Source: Acidobacteriota bacterium (GTDB lineage: Bacteria > Acidobacteriota > UBA6911 > RPQK01 > JAJDTT01). Taken from it: DNA of 64,000 bases. Shown one piece after another: positions 9,473 through 19,360 of this stretch (position 1 is its first letter; every line of letters starts with the position of its first letter). Below the pieces are notes generated by a model. That model had not been told where the DNA came from, did not search any database, and saw nothing but the letters and a program-made list of their open reading frames with translations. The stretch spans positions 5,888,001 through 5,952,000 of the forward strand of contig CBDCJH010000002.1 in NCBI GenBank assembly GCA_965217775.1, given 5' to 3'. Both the position numbers and the translations under genes were made by a program.

Positions 9473-10039
9473 TCAGAGAGTCTCAGCCTCTCTTTTCAGG
9501 CGTCTCCATAGCCTGTGAAGTTCGAGGCGTCCGACCCAGTGTTCCAGGTAGTCATGGTCCAATGCGTCGTATTGGACCTCGAACACGCGCAGTGCATCTC
9601 GAAACTGCTTTTCGCTGCCGCCCGATGCCTTGGACCATCTTAATTTCATCAGGATGGTGTCCTCCGGACTGGAAACGTGGATTTGATGGTCGAAGAGTCT
9701 CTCGATCCGGCGTCGAGAAAAACGTGATCGGTCGAATGGATCTTCGGTCAGCGGCCAGAAGTCGACCTTGTCTCCCGAATTGAGGTCGATCAGGTTGAAC
9801 ATTGTCTTGCGGCGGACGGCTTGTCGGATACGTTCCGCACTGACGTAGAAGCCGGGCTGGGGAAACGCCTCCGCCAATCGTTTCGCAGCGGCGGCCCTCA
9901 ACTCGACCACCAGGTCGATATCGTGGGTGGCCCGCGGCTCGCCCTGCAGGCTGGAGGCAAGCGATCCGGTCAGCATGTACTCAACATCCAGCTTTCCCAG
10001 CTCCTTCACGACCCTTCTCAGTAATTCCTGTTGTGACAC
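9473..10039 (-). CDS. Pol-beta-like nucleotidyltransferase (AbiEii/DUF6036-like; putative TA component)
   Basis: YMLTGSLASSLQGEPRATHDIDLVV and SPEDTILMKL motifs. Confidence 0.8.
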   Translation of the reverse strand: MSQQELLRRVVKELGKLDVEYMLTGSLASSLQGEPRATHDIDLVVELRAAAAKRLAEAFPQPGFYVSAERIRQAVRRKTMFNLIDLNSGDKVDFWPLTEDPFDRSRFSRRRIERLFDHQIHVSSPEDTILMKLRWSKASGGSEKQFRDALRVFEVQYDALDHDYLEHWVGRLELHRLWRRLKREAETL

Positions 10040-10233
10040 AGAGACAGTCGATCCAGATAGAGTTGCTGAAGTTCTTCTTCGGACAGGTGGGGGAACCTGC
10101 GACGTAATCCGTCACGAAAAAGTTGCCGGACATTATCCGAGAGTTCGAACGCCTTGAGCAGCCGCTGCTCGGGGGACCTGCGGCGCAGGGCGGCCAGATA
10201 GATGCGATGATCAGGTTGCGGTTTCAACGGCAC
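10018..10233 (-). CDS. Small helical partner protein of the nucleotidyltransferase
   Basis: RRRSPEQRLLKAFELSD..RRRFPHLSEEEL; overlaps the NTase start; TGcTAGACT lies 8 nt upstream of the GTG. Confidence 0.7.
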   Translation of the reverse strand: MPLKPQPDHRIYLAALRRRSPEQRLLKAFELSDNVRQLFRDGLRRRFPHLSEEELQQLYLDRLSLCHNRNY

Positions 10234-10466
10234 CAAAGCCGAGTCTAGCACACGGAAAACGGGGCCATGAGAATCACCATTGCAAGCGGAGGGCGGCTTG
10301 CCGCCGGGGCGTCGGCGAAGCGGACGAGGATTCGTCAACTGGATCGAGTGAGATTTCCTTGTACTATACGGAACGGTTTCGTTCGTCGTAATGGAACCTC
10401 TGAAGATGGAGAGGCGCCGCGATGCCCATCAGCGGCGCCTCGTGTACCGGAAACTGGAGAAACGCC

Positions 10467-11651
10467 ATGCGCATTCTGATTTGCATCCTCGCCGTCTCGT
10501 TGCTACCGCCTTCCGGCGTCGCCTCGAGCCACAACACCCTCACCCCCGAAGAGGCCGCAGCCGGATGGATCCTGCTCTGGGACGGTAAGACCGAATACGG
10601 CTGGGAGTGGCACGGGGACGCACGCTGGAAGGTGGGCGACGGGGTGCTTCGATCCGACGGCGGCGGCTACGGATGGCTGGGCACCACCAGCAGGTTCGGG
10701 GACTTCGAACTCAAGTTGGAGTTTCGCACTGCGGAGGACGGGAACAGCGGCATCTTTCTGCGCTCGGCCCGCAGGGGGCCGCCCCACGAGACCGGCTATG
10801 AACTGCAGATCTACAACCGGCAGCCGCAGGGCTACAACACCGGCAGCCTGGTCTTCTACGTCAAGGCCGAACCCGCCCGGTTCGAGGGCGGCCAGTGGAA
10901 CCAATACGAAGTTCGCGCCGTGGGAAGCCGCTTTGTGGTCAAGCTCAACGGCAGGGAAGTTCTCGATGCCAATGACTCGTCGCATGCCTTGGGTGTGATC
11001 GGGCTGCAATACAACGTGGACAAACCCATCGAGTTCCGCAACCTCAAGCTCAAGCCGCTGGGGTTGAGCCCACTCTTCAATGGACAGGACCTGAACGGTT
11101 GGCGGAAGGTCGATCGCCCCAACCGGGACGACGTGCATGAATGGTCGGTGCGGGACGGCATTCTTCACGTCGAGAAAGGCGCCGGACAACTGGAGACCGA
11201 GAAGGAGTTCAAGAATCTGGTGCTGCAACTGGCAATCCGCACCAACCCGCCCCACGCCGGCCACCATCCCAACAGCGGCGTCTTCTTCCGAGGGGAGAAG
11301 GGGGTCTTCTGGAGCGGGTACGAATCCCAGATCCGGAACGAGTTCCGCAACGGCGACCGCAGGCAGCCCCATGACTTCGGCACCGGGGGGCTCTACTTCT
11401 ACGTCCCGGCCCGCGAAGTCATTCCCGAAGATGGAGAGTTCTTCTACAAGACGGTCGTCGCCCATGGCCGGCACCTTGCGGTCTGGGTCAACGGCGTCCA
11501 GACCAGCGACTGGGAAGACCCGCGGCCACCCGGGAACAATGCCCGGCGCCAAGCCCGCCTGGTTCCCGGCGTCGTCAGCCTTCAGGCCCACGATCCCACC
11601 ACCAATCTGGACTTCAGGAACATCCGGGCGGTCGAGTTGCCGGAGCGTTGA
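10467..11651 (+). CDS. Secreted tandem DUF1080 (3-keto-disaccharide hydrolase family) protein
   Basis: NTLTPEEAAAGWILLWDG, DFELKLEF, NSGIFLR, YELQI, LFNGQDLNGW, SLQAHD..FRNI. Confidence 0.9.
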   Translation: MRILICILAVSLLPPSGVASSHNTLTPEEAAAGWILLWDGKTEYGWEWHGDARWKVGDGVLRSDGGGYGWLGTTSRFGDFELKLEFRTAEDGNSGIFLRSARRGPPHETGYELQIYNRQPQGYNTGSLVFYVKAEPARFEGGQWNQYEVRAVGSRFVVKLNGREVLDANDSSHALGVIGLQYNVDKPIEFRNLKLKPLGLSPLFNGQDLNGWRKVDRPNRDDVHEWSVRDGILHVEKGAGQLETEKEFKNLVLQLAIRTNPPHAGHHPNSGVFFRGEKGVFWSGYESQIRNEFRNGDRRQPHDFGTGGLYFYVPAREVIPEDGEFFYKTVVAHGRHLAVWVNGVQTSDWEDPRPPGNNARRQARLVPGVVSLQAHDPTTNLDFRNIRAVELPER

Positions 11652-11723
11652 CCGTCCAAGTCGATGGTCGCGGCAGAGTCGGCGGGGGGCTCGCCAGGAA
11701 TCCCCTGATCGCGTGCGCCGGTC

Positions 11724-12515
11724 TCAAGCCACCGGTCCCTTTCCGGCGTTGATGCCGAGCTCTCGCCGATAGGCCTCAAGCGAGAGCAGATCCTCCGGCA
11801 TCACGTTCCCCACGTTCACCTCGGGGCCGAATCGATCCACCAGGTCGCGCCGCATCCGATGGATGTGGTGGGACTGAACACCGGGGATCCAGGGTCCCGG
11901 CAGCTCGAACATGACTCGATCGAACCCGACGGCCACGACCGTTTCGTCGACCTCGCGACCGGTCGCGTCGTCGGCGTGAACCAGTTCCGCGGCCTCCAAC
12001 AGAATGAGGCTGGCGCCGGCGTCGAGGCAGGCTCTGGCGTCGTCGGCGAATCTGGGACCGTGTGGGAGGCCCTCTTTTTTGCCGACTTCCCCCAAAACGC
12101 CCATTCCAAAGGCGGTAACCGCTTCCTCAATGACCCGGACCTTCCAATCCAGGGGGAGGTCAGCGACGTTGTTGGAGACCTCGACCCAGCGGTATCCGGC
12201 CCTTTGACAGGCCGGAAGGTAGAGATCCGCCTTCCCATGAACTTGGGCGTACTCGAGATACTGCCCTCCGGGGAAAGGCTCGATCCGGTGGGCCCGGTAG
12301 GCGTCGATCTTCTCGGCCAGGATTTCGTCCGTGAGCAGTCGTGACAGGCCGACGGCGATCTTGGCGAAGTCGATATAAGGCGCCGCGGTGGCGGTCAGGT
12401 CATTCTGCCGGCCGGATCCCAGGCCCCAATCCACCACCATGGTCAGGCCCGACGACCGGGGCTTCCGGCTGCGGGGAGTGCCGTCCAGGCCGGCGAAAAT
12501 GTGTCGTTCGTTCAT
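11724..12515 (-). CDS. comA: Phosphosulfolactate synthase (ComA family)
   Basis: KPRSSGLTMVVDWG, YIDFAKI, EVGKK, FGPEVNVGNV..LEAYR. Confidence 0.8.
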   Translation of the reverse strand: MNERHIFAGLDGTPRSRKPRSSGLTMVVDWGLGSGRQNDLTATAAPYIDFAKIAVGLSRLLTDEILAEKIDAYRAHRIEPFPGGQYLEYAQVHGKADLYLPACQRAGYRWVEVSNNVADLPLDWKVRVIEEAVTAFGMGVLGEVGKKEGLPHGPRFADDARACLDAGASLILLEAAELVHADDATGREVDETVVAVGFDRVMFELPGPWIPGVQSHHIHRMRRDLVDRFGPEVNVGNVMPEDLLSLEAYRRELGINAGKGPVA

Positions 12516-12542
12516 CTGGGATCAACGCCGAGCCGACGGGTC

Positions 12543-15044
12543 TTATCCGGTGAGTCTCCGGTTGCCGGGATCGTATCGGGGAAAGGACACGACCGTTGCG
12601 CCCTGGGGTTCCTCGAAGTAGTCGATCTCCAGACGGGTTCCCGGCTGCGAGACCTCCGTCGGCAGATAGCTGAACGCCAAGCTCTCCTGGACTGTGTGGC
12701 CGTAATCCGCACTGGTAACGTATCCCACCCGATTCCCGCCGAAGCGGACCGGCTCGGCGCCCATGAGCACCGTATCGGGGTCCTCCAGCCGGAGGCAGCA
12801 CCATTTCCGGCTCACCCCCTCAGCCGCGACCCTTTGCAGAGCGGCCCGCCCCAGAAAGTTCTCCTTGTCCATGCGTACGGCGAAACCGAGACCCGCTTCC
12901 AGCGGATTGTATTCCGTATGAACGTCGGCCCCCCAGAGCCGGTAGCCCTTCTCCAATCTCAGGCTCTCGAAGGCTCCCCCGCCGGCCGCCGCCACGCCCA
13001 AGGGACGACCCGCCGCCCAGAGCGTGTCCCAAAGATGCAAGCCGTATTCCGTCGGCGCGTAGAGCTCCCAACCCAGTTCCCCCACATAGGAGATGCGAAG
13101 AGCCAGCACCGGCACGTGGCGCACGTGGATCCGCCGGGCGGTCAGGTAGGGAAAGGTCTGGTCCGACAAGTCGTTCTCGCTGACGGATTGAACCAGCTCG
13201 CGAGCGGCGGGACCCCAGACGCCCAGGCAGCAATAGGCCGACGTCAGGTCCCGGATCTGTACCGGACTCTCCCGTTCAAGGTGAGAGCGTAGCCAAGCCA
13301 GGTCGCGCCTGCCCGTGGCGCCCCCCGTGATCACCCAGAAGCGCTCCTCCTCCAGACGGGTGACCGTGAGATCGGCCTCCATCCCTCCGCGGCGGTTCAG
13401 CATGGAGGTGTAGGTGATTCGGCCGGGAGGCCGGTCCATCTGGTTGGCGGCCAGGTGCTGGAGAAAGGAGAGCGAACCTGGACCCGCGACCTCCAGCTTG
13501 GTGAAGGGGGTCAGGTCGAAGAGGCAGACCCGCTCCCGGGCGGCACGATGCTCGGAACCGATCAAGGGGGACCAGAATCGAGCGCTCCAGCCCTGCCGTG
13601 TGTATCCGCCTTCGGGACCCGGAAGACGCTCGCTGGCGGCGAACCATTGGGGCCGTTCCCAGCCGGCGCTCTCGAACATCTCCCCTCCCAATTCCTCCAG
13701 GCGCGGGTGAAAGGGGCTCAGGCGCAACCGGCGCGGACGCTCGATCTGCTGGCGGGGATGGATGATGTCGTAGACCTCCCGGTATTGACGCCTTCCCCGA
13801 GCCAAGACGTAGGGGCGGCTGTGGACATGGGCGTGGAAGCGATTGCAGTCCAGGTCCCGCAGGTCCAACGGGGGAAGACCCTCCACCATGTACTGGGCGA
13901 TGGCCCGGCCCACGCCGCCGCCGTGAGTCAGCCAGACTCCCTCCGCCAGCCAGAAACCCTCCAGTTGAGCGGATCGTCCCAACAGAGACTGGGCGTCGGG
14001 AGTAAAGGCGAAGATCCCGTTGATTCGGAAGGGGAAGGACGCCCCCCGCAGGCACGGTAACAACTCCATGGAGTCGGCCAGGGCGTTCTCGAAGTGGTGG
14101 GATGGAAACGGACGGAGCGCGGGTTGGGGAGCACCCGACGGGTCCAGCCCCAATGACTCGACGTTCACCGGAAGAGGCTCGTGCCGGTAGGAGCCCACGC
14201 CGTAGCGGTCGAAGTCCTGCCGAGAGTACATGGAGCGATCCTGGTGGCGGAGGATCGGCTCTGTCACTTCCTCGCTTGCCCCGGCCAGAGCGGACAGTGG
14301 ACCGGTCCGGGCGTAGAGGTGCTGCATGGGCTGCATGGGAACGGGAACGCCCGCCAGCTTGCCGACGCGGGGACCCCAGATCCCCGCACAGAGGAGAACC
14401 GCCTCGGCTTCGATGCGGCCCTGGTTGCAGACCACTGCCGTCACCCGGCCATCGCGGGACTCGATGGCGGTGACTCTGGCGTTGGGGACGAAGAGCGCGC
14501 CCCGGCTTCCGGCCTCCCGGGCCAGGGCCTTCAAGATGCGGACGCCCTTTCCCAGGCCGTCGGAAGGGACGTGGTACCCGCTGTAGACTCGCCGGGTATC
14601 GATCTGGGGAATGAGGGACCCGACCTCTTCCGGGGTCAGGATCCGCGCCGGCAACCCCCAGGATCGGGCCAGGCCGGCGCGCCGCTTCAGTTCCTGGTGC
14701 CGTTCTCGGCTGCAGGCAACCTCGATACTTCCCGCAGGGTAGAAACAGGGACCTTCCGATGCGGTCCCCAACTCGCGGTAGAGCTGAACGGTCCACTGGG
14801 CCAGCCGGCAGACGGTCCGGGAAGGATTGGTTTGGAAGACCAGCCCGGGAGCGTGTGAGGTGGACCCCAGGACCTGGAACAGGGGCCCCTGGTCCAGGAC
14901 GACCACGTCGTCCCAGCCGTAGCGGGTCAGGTAGTAGGCCGCGCTGGAGCCCACCACGCCGGCGCCTATGATGACGACCCGGGCATGCCGGGGAAGCCGG
15001 ATGGGATCCATGGATGCGAGTGTCTTTGGGGGCGAAGCCTCCAT
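12543..15044 (-). CDS. FAD-dependent oxidoreductase with GcvT domain (dimethylglycine oxidase/dehydrogenase-like)
   Basis: IIGAGVVG, GSTSHAPG, FTPD, GWERPQWF, ISYVGELGWE, SLRLEKGY. Confidence 0.9.
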   Translation of the reverse strand: MEASPPKTLASMDPIRLPRHARVVIIGAGVVGSSAAYYLTRYGWDDVVVLDQGPLFQVLGSTSHAPGLVFQTNPSRTVCRLAQWTVQLYRELGTASEGPCFYPAGSIEVACSRERHQELKRRAGLARSWGLPARILTPEEVGSLIPQIDTRRVYSGYHVPSDGLGKGVRILKALAREAGSRGALFVPNARVTAIESRDGRVTAVVCNQGRIEAEAVLLCAGIWGPRVGKLAGVPVPMQPMQHLYARTGPLSALAGASEEVTEPILRHQDRSMYSRQDFDRYGVGSYRHEPLPVNVESLGLDPSGAPQPALRPFPSHHFENALADSMELLPCLRGASFPFRINGIFAFTPDAQSLLGRSAQLEGFWLAEGVWLTHGGGVGRAIAQYMVEGLPPLDLRDLDCNRFHAHVHSRPYVLARGRRQYREVYDIIHPRQQIERPRRLRLSPFHPRLEELGGEMFESAGWERPQWFAASERLPGPEGGYTRQGWSARFWSPLIGSEHRAARERVCLFDLTPFTKLEVAGPGSLSFLQHLAANQMDRPPGRITYTSMLNRRGGMEADLTVTRLEEERFWVITGGATGRRDLAWLRSHLERESPVQIRDLTSAYCCLGVWGPAARELVQSVSENDLSDQTFPYLTARRIHVRHVPVLALRISYVGELGWELYAPTEYGLHLWDTLWAAGRPLGVAAAGGGAFESLRLEKGYRLWGADVHTEYNPLEAGLGFAVRMDKENFLGRAALQRVAAEGVSRKWCCLRLEDPDTVLMGAEPVRFGGNRVGYVTSADYGHTVQESLAFSYLPTEVSQPGTRLEIDYFEEPQGATVVSFPRYDPGNRRLTG

Positions 15045-15121
15045 CCGGCCCGGATTCTATCGCCGGAGGGGTTGCCGGAACAACTCCCGCAAGGGGTTCC
15101 CCGGGATCGCCAATCGTTACC

Positions 15122-15175
15122 GTCGGCCGGATTGAAGCTCCGGTCGAGTGCCGTAGCCACTTTTGGTCCCGGCTG
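15122..15175 (+). mobile_element. Degenerate right half of MITE-A
   Basis: gtcggccggattgaagctccggtcgagtgccgtagccacttttggtcccggctg aligns to the MITE-A end; followed by CTAG. Confidence 0.65.
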
Positions 15176-15210
15176 CTAGAGTTGCCGTTCTTCTACGGGC
15201 ACCGAATCGC

Positions 15211-16722
15211 ATGATCATTTCCTTCGTCCTCTATCTGGTGATCCTGCTGGGGCTGGGCCTCTACGCGGCCCGCTTCATCAAGAGCCTGAAGGGGTTCCTG
15301 TTGGCCGACCGCTCCATGGGACCCTACGTCACCGCACTGTCCGCCGAAGCCTCCGCCATGAGCGGCTGGTTGCTGATCGCCGTCCCCGCCCGCGCGTTCA
15401 CCTACGGACTCTCCGCCATCTGGGTGGGAATGGCCTGTGTCATGGGGGACGCGGTGAGTTGGTTGTCCGTCTCCAAGCGTTTGCGGCGGCAGACGGAGCG
15501 GCTCCGGGCCCTGACCTTGCCCGAGTACCTGGAGAAGAGATTCCCCAAGGAAGGCGGCTACGCCGTGCAGCTGGTGGCCACCTCCGGAATCATGGTCTTC
15601 ATGCTGATCTATCTCTGGGCCCAATTCGTGGCCGCGGGAAAAGCCATGTCGGCCATTTTGGATTACGTTGACTACTCGGAAGCCACGCTGCTGGCTGCCG
15701 TCATCATCGTCGTGTACACCCTGATGGGAGGGTTCCGGGCCGTCGCCTGGACCGACTTCCTCCAGGGCTTCATGATGTTGTTCGCCCTCACGGCGTTGCC
15801 CCTGATCTGCCTGGCGAACGTGGGTGGATGGAACGCGCTCATGGGACACCTTTCCCAGGTCTCCTCCGAGATGCCGGGGACTGCCAGCGCGAACCTGGAT
15901 CACTGGTTCGCCGGGCTGACGGGACTGGTGCTGTTCACCTTTCTTTTCGAGGACGCCGGAGTGGGGGTCGGCTACGTGGGTCAACCTCAAATCTGCTCCC
16001 GCTACATGGCTGTCCGGAAGGTTTCCGACCTGAAGACAGCCTGCATGGTGTCCGTCTGCTGGAACCTCCTGGCCGTATCGGGAGCCGTGCTTCTGGGGCT
16101 GACCGCCCATTACTGGTATCGATTCGCGGCCGGGGCCGGCGGAACGGTGGAGTCCAGGCTGGATTCCGCCCTGGTCTTCAACGTGGAGCAGGTGCTGCCC
16201 ATGATGGCTCGCGAGGTTCTGGACCCTTGGGTCGCCGGAATTCTGGTCTCGGCCATGCTGGCTGCCATCATGTCCTCCGCCGACAGCTTTCTGCTTTCCG
16301 CCGCCAGCTCCATGACGCGGGACGTCTACCAGCGCATCTTCCGGCAACAGGCCTCGGAACGGGAACTGCTCAAGACGTCGAGAGTGGTGACCATCGTGCT
16401 GGGAACGGGAGCTTTGCTGCTGGCCCTCTCGACCGATCCCTGGGATCCTGAGGCCACCGTTTATCAGTTGGTCCTGTACGCTTGGGGCGGACTCTCCGCT
16501 TGCTTCACCGCCCCCCTCGTATTGGCCCTCTTCTACCGGAAAATGACGCGAGCGGGATGTCTGGCAGGGATCCTGACCGGCGCCGGGACCAGCTTGGTCT
16601 GGCGCAATGTCGAGGTCCTCTCCTCGGTCGCCTACGAATTGATCCCGTCGGTGATCATCTCGGGCTTTTCCATTTGGTTGATCTCCCGGCTGACCGGCGA
16701 AGGAGACCCCGAGAAACACTGA
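15211..16722 (+). CDS. putP: Sodium/proline symporter (SSS family)
   Basis: ALSAEASAMSGW, GGFRAVAWTD, AAIMSSADS; about 13 TM segments. Confidence 0.85.
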   Translation: MIISFVLYLVILLGLGLYAARFIKSLKGFLLADRSMGPYVTALSAEASAMSGWLLIAVPARAFTYGLSAIWVGMACVMGDAVSWLSVSKRLRRQTERLRALTLPEYLEKRFPKEGGYAVQLVATSGIMVFMLIYLWAQFVAAGKAMSAILDYVDYSEATLLAAVIIVVYTLMGGFRAVAWTDFLQGFMMLFALTALPLICLANVGGWNALMGHLSQVSSEMPGTASANLDHWFAGLTGLVLFTFLFEDAGVGVGYVGQPQICSRYMAVRKVSDLKTACMVSVCWNLLAVSGAVLLGLTAHYWYRFAAGAGGTVESRLDSALVFNVEQVLPMMAREVLDPWVAGILVSAMLAAIMSSADSFLLSAASSMTRDVYQRIFRQQASERELLKTSRVVTIVLGTGALLLALSTDPWDPEATVYQLVLYAWGGLSACFTAPLVLALFYRKMTRAGCLAGILTGAGTSLVWRNVEVLSSVAYELIPSVIISGFSIWLISRLTGEGDPEKH

Positions 16723-16728
16723 AGAAAA

Positions 16729-17646
16729 CTACGCCGATTCTTCGACCCGGGCACCGTGGGGGTCCAGATCCAGGACCCGGTATTGAGCGCGGGTCCCGGC
16801 CACCGCCAGAGTCCGGACCATCCAGGTGCCGATCTCCGCTTCCCGGCCGGCGGCCAGGGCGATTACGGTAGAACCCGAACCGCTGATGAAGGTGCCCAAG
16901 AGCGAGGCGCTCCAGTCGCGATCCGGGGGAGGTCCCGCGAGCACCTCCTCCAGTCCCGGGACCAGGCTCGCCCGGTAAGACTGGTGGAGACGATCCAACG
17001 TCGCCTCCCGCAGGAGATGGGCCTCGCCGGTGTGAAGCGCGTGCACCAGCAGTGATGAGCGCTGGATGTTGAACACGGCGGTGGCCAGATCATAGGACCG
17101 CGGCAGGATGGCGCGGGCTTCGGGTGTGGAGATGGCCTGGTCCGGGACGGCCACGACGAAACGGCAGCGCAGGGCGGAACGCAACCGCAGGGAGCGGACC
17201 CGGGATCCGGAGGTCCAGGAAAGGGCCCATCCGCCCAGCAGGCTGGCGGCCAGATTATCGGGATGGCCTTCCAGGGGATAGGCGATCCGGAGGGCGTCGT
17301 CGTTGGAAAAGCGCTCACCGGTGATCTGCTCGGCGATCTTGATCCCCGCGATAATGGCGGCGCCGCTGCTGCCCAGCCCGCGGGTGAGGGGGATGGGGTT
17401 GTCGATGCCGAGGCGAATCCCGGGCACCTCGACGCCCAGGGTGGAGAAGGCGACCCGCAGGGACCGGTCCAGGACGTTTTCCTCCAGGGGCAGGCTCCAA
17501 TCCGGAGGCCATTCCAGTCCGCCGCCTTCGATGGGTTCCACGCCGAGGGTCAGGTAGAGGCTCAGGGCTGCCGAGAGGGTATCGAACCCGGGTCCCAGGT
17601 TACTGGTGCTGGCCGGGACGCGGACCTGGAATGGCTCCCAGCTCAT
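16729..17646 (-). CDS. thrB: Homoserine kinase
   Basis: VPASTSNLGPGFD, IPLTRGLGSSGAA, EGHPDN, ISGSGST. Confidence 0.95.
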   Translation of the reverse strand: MSWEPFQVRVPASTSNLGPGFDTLSAALSLYLTLGVEPIEGGGLEWPPDWSLPLEENVLDRSLRVAFSTLGVEVPGIRLGIDNPIPLTRGLGSSGAAIIAGIKIAEQITGERFSNDDALRIAYPLEGHPDNLAASLLGGWALSWTSGSRVRSLRLRSALRCRFVVAVPDQAISTPEARAILPRSYDLATAVFNIQRSSLLVHALHTGEAHLLREATLDRLHQSYRASLVPGLEEVLAGPPPDRDWSASLLGTFISGSGSTVIALAAGREAEIGTWMVRTLAVAGTRAQYRVLDLDPHGARVEESA

Positions 17647-17656
17647 CCGGCTTTCG

Positions 17657-17896
17657 CCCGCATTTCTCCCCAGGGGGCGTGACGATCGCGCAGGATTTTC
17701 GCCCTCAGCGCGTGCTCGCGACCGAGAGCGTAGTGGTGACTACGTTTGAGGGAGCATGTGCGCGCTGAGGGCGAAAAGACCAGCGAGCGCGCGCCCAGCG
17801 CAGTCGGTCCCGGAGAAACCTTGGAAAAATTCGCGTAAATGCTCAAAAACAGATTATTTTTCATCATTCGCGTAGCGACCTGGTGAGAAATGCGGG
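17657..17896. mobile_element. MITE-B, long form (240 bp)
   Basis: TIRs CCCGCATTTCTCCCCAGG / CCTGGTGAGAAATGCGGG; internal 17-bp inverted repeat; homologous to 32099-32228 and 35498-35607. Confidence 0.85.
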
Positions 17897-19350
17897 CTAG
17901 CCAGATCCTGCGGGTGGCTCCGGACCAGTTCCAGCATGGCGTCCCGGTCCGGCTCCCGGCCCGTCCAGGCCGAGAACTGGAGCGCCGCCTGCTCTACGAA
18001 CATCTCCATTCCCGAGATGGTTCCAATGCCCTGACCAGCCGCCAACTTCAGGAGCTTCGTCTCCTCCGGCTGGTAGACCAGATCGTAGACCCATTCGAAA
18101 CGCAGGTCCGGCTCTGCCAGCAGCGAGGCGTCCACGTCGGGGGACTGGCCCACCGGAGTGGTGTTGACGCAGAGAAAAGCGGAATCGGGAAGTTCCGGGA
18201 GCAAGGTATGGGCACAGGCGTATCGGCTTGCGAACCGCGCAACCCGCTCCGGACTGCGTCCGGCTACCGTCACCCGCGCTCCGTGGCCGATCAAGGCCTC
18301 CATCACCGTGTGAGCGACGCCGCCGTTTCCCAAGACCAGAGCATCCTTTCCTCGAATGGGTGTCCTGGAGAGAAGTGGCTGCAGGAACCCGCGATAGTCC
18401 GTGTTCAATCCCTCCCACCGGCCGGCTTTGCGCACCAGCGTGTTGATGGCGGGCGCCGCGGCCGTGTCCCGGGAAACCAGGGCGGCGGCATCCTGCTTGA
18501 ACGGCAGCGTCACACTGAACCCCTTGAAGGAAAGACGGCTGCTTTCCAGGTAGCGGAACCACGGCTCCAGCTCGTCCAGCCGGATCGGGAGATAGAGCCG
18601 GCGGTCGAGATCGTGTCGCCTGAAGAGCTGATTATGGATCCAGGGAGATCTGGAGTGAGCCACCGGATTCCCCAGAACAGCGTACAGCTCGGGGGCCTGA
18701 TTCCAGGAATCGAGCCGGTAGAGATCCACCGCGGTTTCCAGGCTGAATTGACCTGGGGCCGTTCCCTCGCCCTCTTCCTCCGCCACGAAAGTCCAGGCGT
18801 TCCCCAGGAACGCCCCCAAAGCCCGGGAGGGCTGGCCGAAGTCCCCCATGCCCAGCAGCACGTATGCTGCCCCCTGGGGGACCGATTCCATCCAGCTCAA
18901 CAGGGTCACCAACTCCCGGGTGGAAGAGACCATCACGGCGATCTTGACCACATCGCCCTTCAAGGCGTCGAGTCTGGCGTAGAGCCGGTTCAGATCTCCG
19001 GGAAAGGTGTCGAAGGAGTGGAAAGAACGGATCAGTCGTGTCGTGTCGGGGAAGGGCGGGAGTTCCCGGACGTCATGTTCGACGTCCACCCAATGGAATC
19101 CGCTCCTTGCGGCCTCCAAGAGCAGGTTCAATCGATCCGCTTCCGGACCGGCATAACTCCCCCCCTCGCGCGGGGGGCGGCAAGTGGCGATGAACTCGGT
19201 CCGGGTTCCGGCCGGCAGGGGTGGGACTTGAGGTGTGGAAAGGCTATCCAGACGGCATTCGATGAGAGCCACCCGGCCCGCATATCGATGAACCTTTTCC
19301 AGCAGGCGCGACGGCGATTCCTCGCCCAGGGCGAGACAGAGTTTGGGCAT
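17854..19350 (-). CDS. aroE: Bifunctional type I 3-dehydroquinate dehydratase / shikimate dehydrogenase (AroDE)
   Basis: IECRLD, SFH, VVKIA, TAPGQ (AroD); GNPVAHSRSP, SVTLPFK, NTD, LGNGG, DLVY (AroE). Confidence 0.92.
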   Translation of the reverse strand: MPKLCLALGEESPSRLLEKVHRYAGRVALIECRLDSLSTPQVPPLPAGTRTEFIATCRPPREGGSYAGPEADRLNLLLEAARSGFHWVDVEHDVRELPPFPDTTRLIRSFHSFDTFPGDLNRLYARLDALKGDVVKIAVMVSSTRELVTLLSWMESVPQGAAYVLLGMGDFGQPSRALGAFLGNAWTFVAEEEGEGTAPGQFSLETAVDLYRLDSWNQAPELYAVLGNPVAHSRSPWIHNQLFRRHDLDRRLYLPIRLDELEPWFRYLESSRLSFKGFSVTLPFKQDAAALVSRDTAAAPAINTLVRKAGRWEGLNTDYRGFLQPLLSRTPIRGKDALVLGNGGVAHTVMEALIGHGARVTVAGRSPERVARFASRYACAHTLLPELPDSAFLCVNTTPVGQSPDVDASLLAEPDLRFEWVYDLVYQPEETKLLKLAAGQGIGTISGMEMFVEQAALQFSAWTGREPDRDAMLELVRSHPQDLASPHFSPGRYANDEK

Positions 19351-19360
19351 GGGCGTCTAA

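Noticed and set aside
17643-17867. Small ORFs 'MMKNNLFLS..' (also 32095-32280) and ORFs containing 'DFHHGLL' or 'APCPAGAG'
   Set aside because: Translations of the MITE sequences, not independent genes.
17854-19350. AroD-AroE fusion as a novelty
   Set aside because: Type I DHQase-shikimate dehydrogenase fusions are already known in plants and several bacterial phyla.
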